From: a virus
Lineage: Duplodnaviria > Caudoviricetes
Strand: one strand, 5' to 3'
DNA: 36,232 nt
IMG/VR virus record: IMGVR_UViG_3300020310_000005
Location: 1 to 36,232 of that record
Shown here: positions 18,726-30,200 of the stretch, piece after piece
How positions within the stretch are numbered: the stretch's first letter is position 1
How the letters are laid out: each line of letters opens with the position of its first letter
Program-made: the position numbers and the translations under genes
The notes under the pieces: generated by a model
Told to the model about the DNA's origin: nothing
The model's database searches: none
What the model saw: only the letters and a program-made list of their open reading frames with translations

Positions 18726-20762
18726 ATGGCAAAGCAAGGAATAGGTACTGGATCGGCCGCTAATGACGGGACGGGTGATAGCCTGAGATCTGCTGCTGGT
18801 AAAATAAATGCAAATTTTGATGAGGTCTACGCTCTGTTAAGAGGTGGTGGAAATAGTGGTAGTACTTTACTTGCTGGAATTGTTACATCGATTGTTGCTG
18901 GAGATAATGTTACTCTTACTGGTGGACCTACAGGTATTGTTACTATAAATTCTGCTGCTGGTGGTGGAGTCGGATATTTTCAACAGAATGTAACAGGTAT
19001 TAATACAACAGGATCTTTAAGTAATATTGGTATAGGAACTACAACTGCTTCATCAAAACTAACTGTTGATGGAACTGTTAAGATAACTGGAATAACGACA
19101 ATAGATTCGAGTCTTCAGCAAACAGGTACTGCTACATTTAGTGACGATGTAACTCTTACTGGTGACAGTGCTAATGTTTTTTGGGATAAGAGCCAGAATC
19201 AACTAGAATTTGCCGACAATGCGAAAGCTATTTTCGGGACGGGAACTGACCTTCAAATATATCATAATGGCCAGGATAGCTACATCCAAGACTCTGGAAC
19301 GGGTGACATAATCATCTATGGTTCTGGTGAGACTCTTGCTAGATTTAAAGATGATGGTGGTGTAACTCTCTTCCATAATGATATACCTCAATTTGACACG
19401 GTTGGATCGGGTGTAAGTGTTATAAACCAAATAAGTGTAGGTGCAACTGCTACCTTTGATGCAAAAGTTATAACAGGTACAGGTGCTACTGTTGGATTTG
19501 GTAGTACTGCATACTTCAAAGATGATGCAAAACTATCTTTCGGAGCTGGTGGAGATTTAGAAATTCATCATGATGGTAGCCACAGTTATATAAAGGATAC
19601 AAAGTCTGCTGGTAGTCTATATCTTCAAAGTTCTAACTTACTCATCAACAACCAGGCGAATAACGCCACGATGATTAAGGCAGAATCGGGAAGTAGTGTT
19701 GAGCTGTACTATGCGGGTACTAAAACTTTTGAGACGAGTACTTTAGGAATTAAGGTCAGCACTGGTGCTACTGTTCAAACTAATGGTGCTGCTGCATTTG
19801 CTGGTATTGTTACCGCAAGTGGTGGATTAAGAGTTGGTTCAGCAGTTACTATTGGTATTAATAATGGTAATGCTGGATTTACTGGTATTGTTACTGCAAA
19901 CAAGTTTATTGGTGATGGTTCTGGACTGACTGGTGTAACTGGTTCTGGTTCTGGTGTTGTTATTAAGAATAGTGGTTCAACCGTAGGTACTGCAGGAACA
20001 ATTAACTTTGGAGATAACTTAACTGTTACTCCAATTCATCTTGGTATAGTAACTGTTACTGCATCTGGTGGTAACAACGTTGCTGGTATTGATACAACCG
20101 CAGGTTCTACATTTACCAACTTAAAGGCAACTGGTATTACAACCTTAACTGGTGCTTTGGATGCTAACGGTGGTGCTACCATAGACAACATTCAAATTGG
20201 TGTCACTGGTAACAATGAACTTGATACTGCTTCAGGAAATCTAACAATAGATTCTGCAGGTGGTCAAGTTGTTATTGATGATTATTTGAGAGTTTCTGGT
20301 GTTGCTACCTTAAGTAGTAATGTCAATATCAGTGGTGTAACAACTTCTGCTCAATTCTCTGCTACTGGTACCAATTCTGGATTGATGACATCCAGATATG
20401 AATTTACAGGAACTACTGCTGCTATTAATAATAATGGTATTGGTAATACTGAATTTAGTGGATATAAATCATATGCACTAATAAAAGTTGGACTCTCAAC
20501 TGCAGGATGGTTGAGACTATATACTGACGATGCATCTAGAAGTGATGATTCTACTCGTAGTGTGGGAGAAGATCCTATAGCAGGTAGTGGAGTTATTGCA
20601 GAGGCTGCAGTTAGTGCAGGTTCTACAACATTGAACTTTACACCTTATGCATTGGGTGGAAATGCTGGTTCTGCTACTACTGTATTTGCAGCAATAACTA
20701 ACCAGTCTGGTGTAACTACAACCTTCAACTATTCAATTACATTACTTCAATTAGAAGTATAA
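18726..20762 (+). CDS. Baseplate-anchored fibre protein with gp9/gp10-like N-terminus
   Basis: The N-terminus MAKQGIGTGSAANDGTGDSLRSAAGKINANFDEVY resembles the T4 gp10/gp9 anchor motif (DDGTGD.LR.GG.KIN.NF.ELY). The body is G/T/V-rich and beta-fibrous, with two DL(Q/E)I(Y/H)H.G..SYI repeats. Confidence 0.75.
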   Translation: MAKQGIGTGSAANDGTGDSLRSAAGKINANFDEVYALLRGGGNSGSTLLAGIVTSIVAGDNVTLTGGPTGIVTINSAAGGGVGYFQQNVTGINTTGSLSNIGIGTTTASSKLTVDGTVKITGITTIDSSLQQTGTATFSDDVTLTGDSANVFWDKSQNQLEFADNAKAIFGTGTDLQIYHNGQDSYIQDSGTGDIIIYGSGETLARFKDDGGVTLFHNDIPQFDTVGSGVSVINQISVGATATFDAKVITGTGATVGFGSTAYFKDDAKLSFGAGGDLEIHHDGSHSYIKDTKSAGSLYLQSSNLLINNQANNATMIKAESGSSVELYYAGTKTFETSTLGIKVSTGATVQTNGAAAFAGIVTASGGLRVGSAVTIGINNGNAGFTGIVTANKFIGDGSGLTGVTGSGSGVVIKNSGSTVGTAGTINFGDNLTVTPIHLGIVTVTASGGNNVAGIDTTAGSTFTNLKATGITTLTGALDANGGATIDNIQIGVTGNNELDTASGNLTIDSAGGQVVIDDYLRVSGVATLSSNVNISGVTTSAQFSATGTNSGLMTSRYEFTGTTAAINNNGIGNTEFSGYKSYALIKVGLSTAGWLRLYTDDASRSDDSTRSVGEDPIAGSGVIAEAAVSAGSTTLNFTPYALGGNAGSATTVFAAITNQSGVTTTFNYSITLLQLEV

Positions 20763-20771
20763 GTATTTTTT

Positions 20772-20779
20772 AATAAATA
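20772..20779 (+). promoter_or_regulatory. T4-like late promoter (AATAAATA)
   Basis: Intergenic, 22 bp upstream of ATG 20802. Confidence 0.65.
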
Positions 20780-20801
20780 ACCTTAACAAGACTATTGTAA
20801 A

Positions 20802-22322
20802 ATGGCGATTACAACTACAACTATTTCTCTCGCTTCTGGATATGGACGAACAGATGTTATCCAGCAGTTGGAACAGGGATTTGCCTATCTACAATGGCAC
20901 CAAGCAACCGCTAGTGGTATTGTAACAGGTATTACGACATATTCAGGCGGTGGTGATGTAGGAAGTGCTTCAACCTCATACTTTGATGCTAGACAGGAAT
21001 CAACTACAGGTATTGGAACAGGTGCGTCGTTCTATATTGATAGGGCAGCTGATGGTACGATACCAGGATATGTTTTAGTTAATAGACCAGGTATGGGATA
21101 TACTGATGGAGAAACTGTTACTATTCCTGCATCAGAGATAGGTGGAACTGCTAATGGTGCTTCTGCTCTTACTATAACTGTTGGAATTGCAACGACTACA
21201 GGTTCTCCTGGTACTGCTGTAGGATTTGGTTCAACAGGAGCATTCTATAAGAAAGATATTTCAGATAGTGCTACTTATCCTTGGGCAGTAGCAAGAGTTG
21301 GTATTGATACAAGTAAGGAGTTTGGAACTACCTTCTATGGGTTCCAGATGTTTAATGATACGAAGATGATGTATAAGGTAGGAAGTTCTTTCTATCCAAA
21401 TAGTCATACTCCCGATAATGTATATAGAGATAGGAATGGTGGATATAAGGATAGATTTGCTGGAAATTATCTGTTAGATATGCCACATACACCAGTTGTA
21501 TCTAATCAATTTTATGATAGTGCTACTGTATCTCAAAATGAAACTTATCTAAATTGCTCTTATCAAGGTGAAACGATTGCCAGTTCAAATAGTTATCAGT
21601 TAGATTTGAATATCTTTAGATCTTCAATTGATACTAATTTTGCTGTGATGGCATATAGGCATCCAGATAAGTCAGCAAACTATATTACTGATAAACAATA
21701 TCAAACATATATCCTTCACAACTTTACTACTAATATTTGGGATTTGGATTATGTGTTCCTTTCAGGGCGTACTGATATATTAATGGGAGCAGTTAATGAT
21801 CCCAAATTAACATTTAGATCATGGGGTGTTGGGGATCATTATAGATCTTCTAACATATATCCATCTAGACGTGCAGCAGAATATGGTTATTATGGTACTA
21901 ATTCTAGTAATTATGCCGTGCCATATAAGGAGGCTGTTTATAGACCTACTTCTATAGATTCAACTGGAAATCAAACTGAAGTTGGAATCTATTATAGAAA
22001 CAACTCAAATGCTGCTAACCTTATGAATAGAGGTCGTGGTGGAGCATTCTTTAACAGTGAATTTGATGATACAGTAGCTGATGCTGCAAACTATGGTGCA
22101 GTTATTAAGGGAATTCCTCTTAACACGCAACTTATACCCACTCCTTATTATATGCCAGATGACTTTGCATTAATTCAATTTGACTATGCCTCACCAGATG
22201 CATTGATTCAAATGTTTGATACAGTTACTGTTAGTGGTAGTGAAGTATATACTGTTATTACTGCTTCTTACAATCAAACCAATAGAACTCGTGGAATCGC
22301 ATTCTGTGCAAGGACTACCTAA
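20802..22322 (+). CDS. Putative virion structural / fibre-associated protein (506 aa)
   Basis: Long ORF behind a late promoter within the baseplate cluster. It has a 'NRPGMGYTDGETVTI' module and a Tyr/Asn-rich central region. No family recognised. Confidence 0.6.
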   Translation: MAITTTTISLASGYGRTDVIQQLEQGFAYLQWHQATASGIVTGITTYSGGGDVGSASTSYFDARQESTTGIGTGASFYIDRAADGTIPGYVLVNRPGMGYTDGETVTIPASEIGGTANGASALTITVGIATTTGSPGTAVGFGSTGAFYKKDISDSATYPWAVARVGIDTSKEFGTTFYGFQMFNDTKMMYKVGSSFYPNSHTPDNVYRDRNGGYKDRFAGNYLLDMPHTPVVSNQFYDSATVSQNETYLNCSYQGETIASSNSYQLDLNIFRSSIDTNFAVMAYRHPDKSANYITDKQYQTYILHNFTTNIWDLDYVFLSGRTDILMGAVNDPKLTFRSWGVGDHYRSSNIYPSRRAAEYGYYGTNSSNYAVPYKEAVYRPTSIDSTGNQTEVGIYYRNNSNAANLMNRGRGGAFFNSEFDDTVADAANYGAVIKGIPLNTQLIPTPYYMPDDFALIQFDYASPDALIQMFDTVTVSGSEVYTVITASYNQTNRTRGIAFCARTT

Positions 22323-22624
22323 TGGCAAATTATAGTTATACCGCAGCACTGTCTGGGACAAAGACTACTGCTGTTACAGGCACTGCCTCAACAGCAAATG
22401 TAGGAATAAACACAGCAACTACACCTTGGAATCCAAGTGTTAGTAGAGGTGATATTAGTTTTAATGCTCGTGTTGCTGGTGTTGCAGGTAATTTGGTATT
22501 AGGTTCTGATGGATCTACTGGTGTATCTACAGAATCTCTGTATAAAGAGACTGTACCTGGCTGGTTAACTGGTCGAAGACCTACCACAGGTCAACTATAT
22601 CCTCGTGGTGTCTTTAATAAATAA
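22322..22624 (+). CDS. Small putative virion protein (100 aa) ending WLTGRRPTTGQLYPRGVFNK
   Basis: TAATG overlap with the upstream gene. It has a T/A/G-rich N-terminus and a distinctive basic C-terminal motif. Confidence 0.7.
   Translation: MANYSYTAALSGTKTTAVTGTASTANVGINTATTPWNPSVSRGDISFNARVAGVAGNLVLGSDGSTGVSTESLYKETVPGWLTGRRPTTGQLYPRGVFNK
22616..22623 (+). promoter_or_regulatory. T4-like late promoter (AATAAATA)
   Basis: Overlaps the last codons and stop of the 100-aa ORF, 22 bp upstream of the gp8 ATG. Confidence 0.6.
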
Positions 22625-22645
22625 GTAAAAAACTCTGTGTAAACA

Positions 22646-24211
22646 ATGGCTGCTATCATAACTGATCAAATTAGAATATTGAATGCAAAGAACTTTGTTG
22701 CAGGAGTTTCTAGTTCGGTCAATTCCTACTACGCTTTTGTGGGTCTTCCTAATCCTCAATCTATTTCGGATACTTGGAATGATAGTCCACCAAGTCCTAC
22801 TGATAATTTAAATAGGCATAATGCTTATTGGGATACTGTTATCGGTCTTAAAAAGATCACAGGTAGTGATATAAAGCAAGTAGTGAGAAAGGTTAGTTGG
22901 GCATCTGGTAGTACCTTTGATTATTATAGACCAGATTATAGTATATCTAATGTTCCAAAGAATTCAAATGGAGTTTCATTATATTCAGCAAATTATTATA
23001 TAATCAATAGCGACTATAGAGTTTATATTTGTCTACAGAATGGTACAACTCCAGAGACTCCAGATGGAAAACCATCTTTGGATGAACCAACATTTACAGA
23101 TTTAGAACCAAGATCTGCTGGAACAAGTGGTGATGGATATATTTGGAAATATCTTTATACTATTAAACCAGCAGATCTAATTAAATTTGATTCAACTGAT
23201 TATATGCCAGTCCCTAAAGATTGGGAAACTAATACTGATAATGAAGGTGTTAGAGATAATGCAGTAGATGGTGGAATTAAAGTTGTTGTTATTCAAAGCA
23301 GAGGAACGGGTATTGGAACTGCAAATAGAACTTATACTAGAGTTCCAATTAAAGGTGATGGTAGTGGTGCAGAATGTACTGTTGTAATTAACTCTGACCA
23401 AGCAATAGAAAGTGTAACTCTTTCTAATGAAGGGTCTGGTTATACTTACGGCAATGTTGATTTGTCTGCTGGTTCAGTACCAACACCTGATACTTGGCCA
23501 ACTCTTGATGTTATTATTCCACCTCAAGGTGGTCATGGAAAAGATATTTACCGTGAATTAGGTGCTACTAATGCATTAATGTATGCAAGAATTGAAAATG
23601 ATGCAGAAAACCCAGACTTTATAACTGGTAATGAAATTGCAAGAATAGGTATTATTGAGAATCCAAAAGCATATGATTCTTCTTCTAATCTTACTATAGA
23701 TAAGGCAAGTGCTGCATATGCAATGCGTCTAGTTGGTACTGGTTATAGTTCTGCTTCATTTACTGCAGATTCTATTATCACCCAAACTGTCGGATCTGGT
23801 GTTACTGCTATGGGTAAAGTTATTAATTATGATGCAACCACTGGTGTGTTGAAGTATTGGCAAGATAGAACTATGGCAGGATTTACTACAACTACGTCAA
23901 CAGTTACTGGAATTGCAATTACTAATCCACAATATGGTTATGAGACAACAAGATTTTCTGCTGCAATTAGTGAAGGTGGAACGTTTGGTATTGTTGGCAC
24001 CACTTCTGGACTAACAATCTCAACAGACTTTAGCGGTCTCTCAACCTCAATAAATAATAAAACATATTACCTTGGTCAATCTTTCACAAAAGGTTTGTCT
24101 AATCCAGAAGTTAAAAAGTACTCTGGAAATATCATTTATCTTGATAACCGTCCAGCTATTAAGCGTTCTTCTAATCAAAAAGAAGATATCAAAGTTATAT
24201 TACAGTTCTAA
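22646..24211 (+). CDS. gp8: Baseplate wedge subunit gp8
   Basis: 521 aa with 'MAAIITDQIRILNAKNF', 'YRVYICLQNG', 'DGYIWKYLYTI', 'GHG.D.YRELGA' and a C-terminal 'SGNIIYLDNR..I.RS.NQKEDIKVILQF'. Confidence 0.92.
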   Translation: MAAIITDQIRILNAKNFVAGVSSSVNSYYAFVGLPNPQSISDTWNDSPPSPTDNLNRHNAYWDTVIGLKKITGSDIKQVVRKVSWASGSTFDYYRPDYSISNVPKNSNGVSLYSANYYIINSDYRVYICLQNGTTPETPDGKPSLDEPTFTDLEPRSAGTSGDGYIWKYLYTIKPADLIKFDSTDYMPVPKDWETNTDNEGVRDNAVDGGIKVVVIQSRGTGIGTANRTYTRVPIKGDGSGAECTVVINSDQAIESVTLSNEGSGYTYGNVDLSAGSVPTPDTWPTLDVIIPPQGGHGKDIYRELGATNALMYARIENDAENPDFITGNEIARIGIIENPKAYDSSSNLTIDKASAAYAMRLVGTGYSSASFTADSIITQTVGSGVTAMGKVINYDATTGVLKYWQDRTMAGFTTTTSTVTGIAITNPQYGYETTRFSAAISEGGTFGIVGTTSGLTISTDFSGLSTSINNKTYYLGQSFTKGLSNPEVKKYSGNIIYLDNRPAIKRSSNQKEDIKVILQF

Positions 24212-24217
24212 CTAACT

Positions 24218-27200
24218 ATGGCTCAACAAACCAATCTAAACGTATCGCCATATTTTGACGATTTCGATACAGACAGTAATTACCATAAGGTACTGTTTAA
24301 GCCAGGTTATCCTGTTCAGGCTAGAGAATTAACTGGTCTACAGTCTATTCTTCAGAATCAGATTGACAAGTTTGGGCAGCACTTTTTTAAAGAAGGTGCA
24401 AAAGTTATTCCAGGTAATACTGCATATACGAAGAATTATCATGCTGTAGAGATAAACAATACTCATTTAGGATTTCCTGTAGATTTTTATATTGAGCAAT
24501 TAATAGATAGAAAAATAGTTGGATTGAGTTCTGGTGTAACTGCAATTATTAGTAAGATAATAAAGTCTGAAGATTCTGAAAGAGGTCATTTAACTCTTTA
24601 CATTTCATATATTTCAACGGGTATTGTAGAAGGTAATGAAGTAAAGGTATTCCAGGATGGAGAATTATTAACAGGAGATAGTGATATTATTTCTGGACCA
24701 TTAAATAATCCTTTCATACCATCAGGAGAATCTTTTGCTTCTGCTATTACAACAAGTGCAGCATCTAAAGGTTCTGCTTTTTCAATATCTAATGGTGTAT
24801 ATTTCGTAAGAGGAACTTTTGTAAATGTACATGATGAAACAGTTATTTTAAGTCAATATGATAATAATACGTCTTGTAGGATTGGATTAAAAGTTACTGA
24901 AGAGGTTGTCAACTCTGATGCAGATGAAACTTTAACAGATAACTCAAAAGGATTTAATAATTATTCTGCTCCAGGTGCAGATAGACTTAAGATATCTTGT
25001 AACTTACATTCAAAACCAATAGACGACTTTAATGATGCTAATTTTGTAGAATTGGCAGTCGTTGAAAATGGAACTTTAAAATCTCAAGTAAAGAATACTC
25101 AATATAGTATAATTGGAGATGAAATTGCTCGTAGAACTTATGATGAGTCTGGTGATTATACAATTAATCCATTTACAGTATCAGTAAAGGATTCTTTAAA
25201 TAATAATTTAGGTAATAATGGTGTATATAATAAAGGACAGTTTTCATACCAAGGAACTTTAGCATCTGAAGATCTTGCACAGTATGCTATTTCTCCTGGA
25301 AAGGCATATGTAAAGGGATATGAGGTTGAAACAATCTCTACTACATATTTGGATTGTCCAAAACCAAGAACAACAAAAATTGTAGAAGCAGAAGCAATAT
25401 CTTATAATACTGGAAGACAGTTTAAAGTTAATGGTGCATATGGTATACCTGAAATTGGAATTGGTAATACTTATATTGTTAGTTTAAGAAATCAAAGAAT
25501 TGATAATACCAGACGTACTGCAGATGGTACTGAAATTGGTGTTGCTAGAGTTTATGACGTTTCATTAGATTCTGGTGCATATAATAGAACTAATTTAAAT
25601 GCTAATCAATGGGATCTTTCTCTATATGATATTCAAACATTTTCTCATATAACTTTAAACGAAGCAACTACCCTTACTGTACCAACATTTATTAAAGGAA
25701 AATATAGTGGAGCTACTGCGTTTCTTCAATCTGCAGTTAGTAACTCTACATCATTAGTAGTTTATGAAAAGAAGGGTGAGTTTATACAAAATGAACCATT
25801 TAATTTTAATGGTATAGAAGATTCTCGTGTTGCTATTGCTATAACAGGTTATGGATTGCAAGATGTTAAATCAATATATGGTGGTCCAGATTTAGGTAAT
25901 GTTGGATTTGCTAGAACATTTAATGCAGATACTATACAAGAAAAAGTATGGAACATTGGAGATGCCAAGATTAGTGCAAGGGATCCAGCATCAGGAATTA
26001 GTACTATTACTGCTACTGATACTCTTTTCCCTGGATCATCAATAAAAGAAAATGATCTTGTTAGTTTTAGTGGCCCTGTAGTAGATTCAACTCTTGGTGC
26101 AGGGGCAACTGTAACTGTTGCAAGAGTTACTGGTGTTAGTACAAACTTTATTAGTGTAACTGGTGTTACTACTGTTCCTGGTGTTGTTGAAGGAAATATA
26201 CCTCAAGTAGGAGTTGCAACTTTATCTGTACCTGATTTATCTCTTTTAGTTACTCCAGTGACTGGTGATACAGAGAATACATTATATACTCCAATGCCAA
26301 GGAATTTGATAGAAAATGTAGATTTAAGTGATGCCCAACTAGAAATTAGAAAAAGATTTGATGTTACTATCGATGCAACTGGTAATACATTAACAGAAAC
26401 AGTTAATGCTGGTGCTAATGAAACATTCTTACCATATGATGAAGATAGATACATTTTAATGAGAGCAGATGGTACATTTGAACCATTAACTGATGATAGA
26501 TTCCAGTTTGGTTCTGCAGGTACTACTCTTTTGATTGGTAATATTGGAACCGATTTAAGTAATAATGAAGATGCAACTTTGATTGCAACTTTAAAGAAAA
26601 TTAAACCAACAGCAAAAGTAAAAAGAAAACAAAGAATTAATACTTTGAATGTTGATAAATCAAAACTTGTTGGATCTGGTATTGGTGCAACAACATTAGG
26701 TGATGGATTAACTTATGGAAATTATCCATATGGTACTAGAGTACAAGATCCTGTTATTTCATTAAATTATGGAGATATTATAGAAATTCTTGGTGTATTT
26801 GAATCTGTTGATACTACTGAACCATCTGCACCTAAATCTACGTTTGCATCCTTTACTGGACCTGCTGCAAAGATTACTGATTGTGTAATCGGTGAAAGAT
26901 TTGTTGGAGATTCGTCTGAAGCTATAGGTGTGTATGCTGAAAAATTGAGTGATACTCAATGTTCATATATTACTCTTTCAGGTGAATTTACTGAAGGGGA
27001 AAAGGTTGTTTTTCAGGAATCGCAAGTTCAAGCAATATTAACTACAATTGATAAAGTAAGTGAAAATATTTCATCTAACTTTACTTTTGATACTGGTCAA
27101 AGAAGTAGTCACTATGATTATGGATCTATTAAAAGAAAATCAGAAGCATCTCAACCAACGAAGAGATTAAAGGTTTACTTCTCTAATGGTTATTTTGATT

Positions 27201-30200
27201 CTTCTGATGAAGGTGATATTACTACAAAAAATTCTTATAATAATTTACATTACACTGATGATGTTAAAACTGTTAATGGACTTCGAAATACAGATATAAT
27301 TGATATTAGACCAAAGGTGTCTAATTATACTGTTGCTGAAGGTGCAAGATCTCCATTAGAATTTTATGGTAGAACCTTCAATTCTGCTGGAAATACCGCT
27401 ACTAATATTTTATCATCAGATTCATCTATTATTACAACGTATTCATTCTATGTTGGAAGAGTTGATAGAATTTTCTTGACCAAAGAAGGTACTTTCCAAG
27501 TTCAGTATGGTGATCCTTCTGAAAAGATGGTTGAACCAGTGATTATTGATGATGCAATAGAGATTGGTACTATTCAATTATTACCATATATGATTGATGT
27601 GGAAGGTAGTACTTCTGCTCAATTCTTGAATCATAAGAGATATCGGATGTCTGATATCAAAAAACTTGAAGATAGAATTAAAAATTTAGAATATTATACT
27701 AGTTTATCTGTTCTTGAAACGAATACTGCTAATATGTTTGTTCCTGATAATAATGGATTAAACAGATTTAAATCGGGATTTTTTGTTGATAATTTTACAA
27801 CTTTCCAAGCTCAAGAAACTGGTGCTGGTATTAAGAACAGTCTTGATATACAAGAGAAAGAATTAAGACCTCTACATTATACAAACTCTATTGATTTAGA
27901 ACTTGGGCCTGTTGAAGGAGTTTCTGCAACCGAAGATAGAGCATTTTTAGAACCAGAAGGAACAAATGTTAGAAGATCTGGTGATATTGTTACACTCGAT
28001 TATAGTGAAGTTGAGTGGTTGAAGCAAAGTTTTGCTACTAGGTCAGAAAGTATTACGCCATTTTTGGTAAGTTTCTGGCAGATGTCTATGGAGATAACTC
28101 CAACATCTGATACTTGGGTAGATACTGCAAGAATAGAAGCAAAAACTATCAATATAGAAGGCAACTATGCCCAAACATTGAAGGACAATCCTAATGTAGA
28201 TCCACAAACTGGTATGGCACCAATAATGTGGAACTCTTGGGAAAGTGTTTGGACTGGTCAGGAAGTTAGTACATTTACTAGAACAAGAAACGAATCAACA
28301 TCATCTAGACAAAATCTAGGTAGATTAAGTGGGGAAGAGAAAAGATTTATTGATAGAGGTATGCCTGATACACGGAGAAGAAGTGCTCACTGGCACAGAC
28401 ACAATCGTGGATTTAGTGGTGGTAGATTCCAGAATAATGGATTCTTTAGAGAATGGCAAGCAGCAGCAAAAAGAGGTGGTATTAGGAATACACAAGGACC
28501 AGGTGGTAGAAGTGTTCAAAGACTTTGGTTAGAAACAACTACCAATAGAACAGTTGAAGATACAATGAGAGATATTGTAGATACTGGAACAAAAACTCGT
28601 ACTGGTACTAGAACTGTTATTACCGAACAATTTGATACAACATCTCAAGGAGATAGGGTTGTAAATAGGGAAGTTGTTCCTATTATGCGTTCTAGAAATA
28701 TTCAATTCCATGCCACGAAGTGTAAACCTCTAACAAGAATGTATGCATTCTTTGATGGAGTAAATGTAGATAAGTATTGTGTTCCTAAACTATTACAAAT
28801 TAAAATGACATCTGGTACTTTCCAGGTTGGAGAAACAATTGAGGCTCCTTTAACTGGACAGTCATATATGAAGTTTAGGGTGTGTCAAGCTAATCATAGA
28901 GAAGGTCCATACAATGCACCAACTGCAATATTTAAAGATGATCCTTATATAACACAAAGTTCTGGTCCTGCTGTTGAGACAGCAATTACCACCTTCATGG
29001 GAACACCTGGACTCACTCAACTTCGATCTGATGCTACTAGTTCTGCTACTAGTATACCAGCAACTTATTCTTCTACAACAAGTATATTAAATGTTGATAC
29101 TTTATCATTGTCTCAACAGGCACAGGGAGATTATTTTGGATATGTTCAAGTGGGACAGAAACTTGTTGGGCAGACAAGTGGTGCAGTGGCAGAAGTTGTT
29201 GATAAGAGATTGGTTTCTGATTTAAGTGCTAATTTACTTGGATCATTCTTTATTCCTAATGCAAGTTTACCAACAGCTCCATCATTTGAAACAGGTACAA
29301 AGACATTTACTTTAATTGATAATCCAGATAATGATCAAAATGATACTGAAACTCTTGGTGAAGAAAAATATACTGCTAGTGGAACTTTAGAGACCGTTCA
29401 GGAAACTATTATTTCTGTTAGAAATGCAAAAATTGAACAAAAACAAGAAACTGAAAGTGAAGCAATAAGAAGAAGTACTGGTCCACAAGTAGTTGCAAGT
29501 AATGTAATTGCTACTTCTACAAATACTAGTGCTATTAGAGAGTGGTATGATCCACTTGCACAATCATATCAGGTTCTTGATGAAACTGGTGTATTCCTTA
29601 CTAGTGCTGATGTATACTTCCAGACAAAGGATGACATGGATATTCCTATGACATTCCAGTTAAGGACAATGAAGGGTGGTGTACCTACACAGAAAATATT
29701 ACCATTCTCTGAAGTTATTATACAACCAGAAGATATTAGTATTTCTGCAAATGGAAGTGTTCCAACTAATGTTAAATTTAAAGCACCTGTTTATATGGAG
29801 CCAGGACAAGATTATGCAATAACTCTTGCGTCTTGGTCAACAAAATATAAGGTCTTTATTTCTAGAATCGGTGAATCTGATTTAATAACTGATGAATTTA
29901 TTTCACAGCAACCATATTTGGGATCATTATTTAAGTCACAAAACGCCTCTACTTGGGATGCAAGTCAGTGGGAAGATCTTAAGTTTACTTTGTATAGAGC
30001 AGAGTTTGAAACCGAAGGAACAGTAGAACTTTACAATCCAGTTCTTGCTGAAGGTAATAAGCAGATTCCAACATTGATGCCTAATTCAATTAACTTGAAG
30101 TCAAGAAAGGTTAGGGTTGGTTTAGGAACAACACTTGGACGTAATATGGATCTTGAATTTGGTAATACCATTTATCAAGAAGATAAGAATAGTGTTAAGA

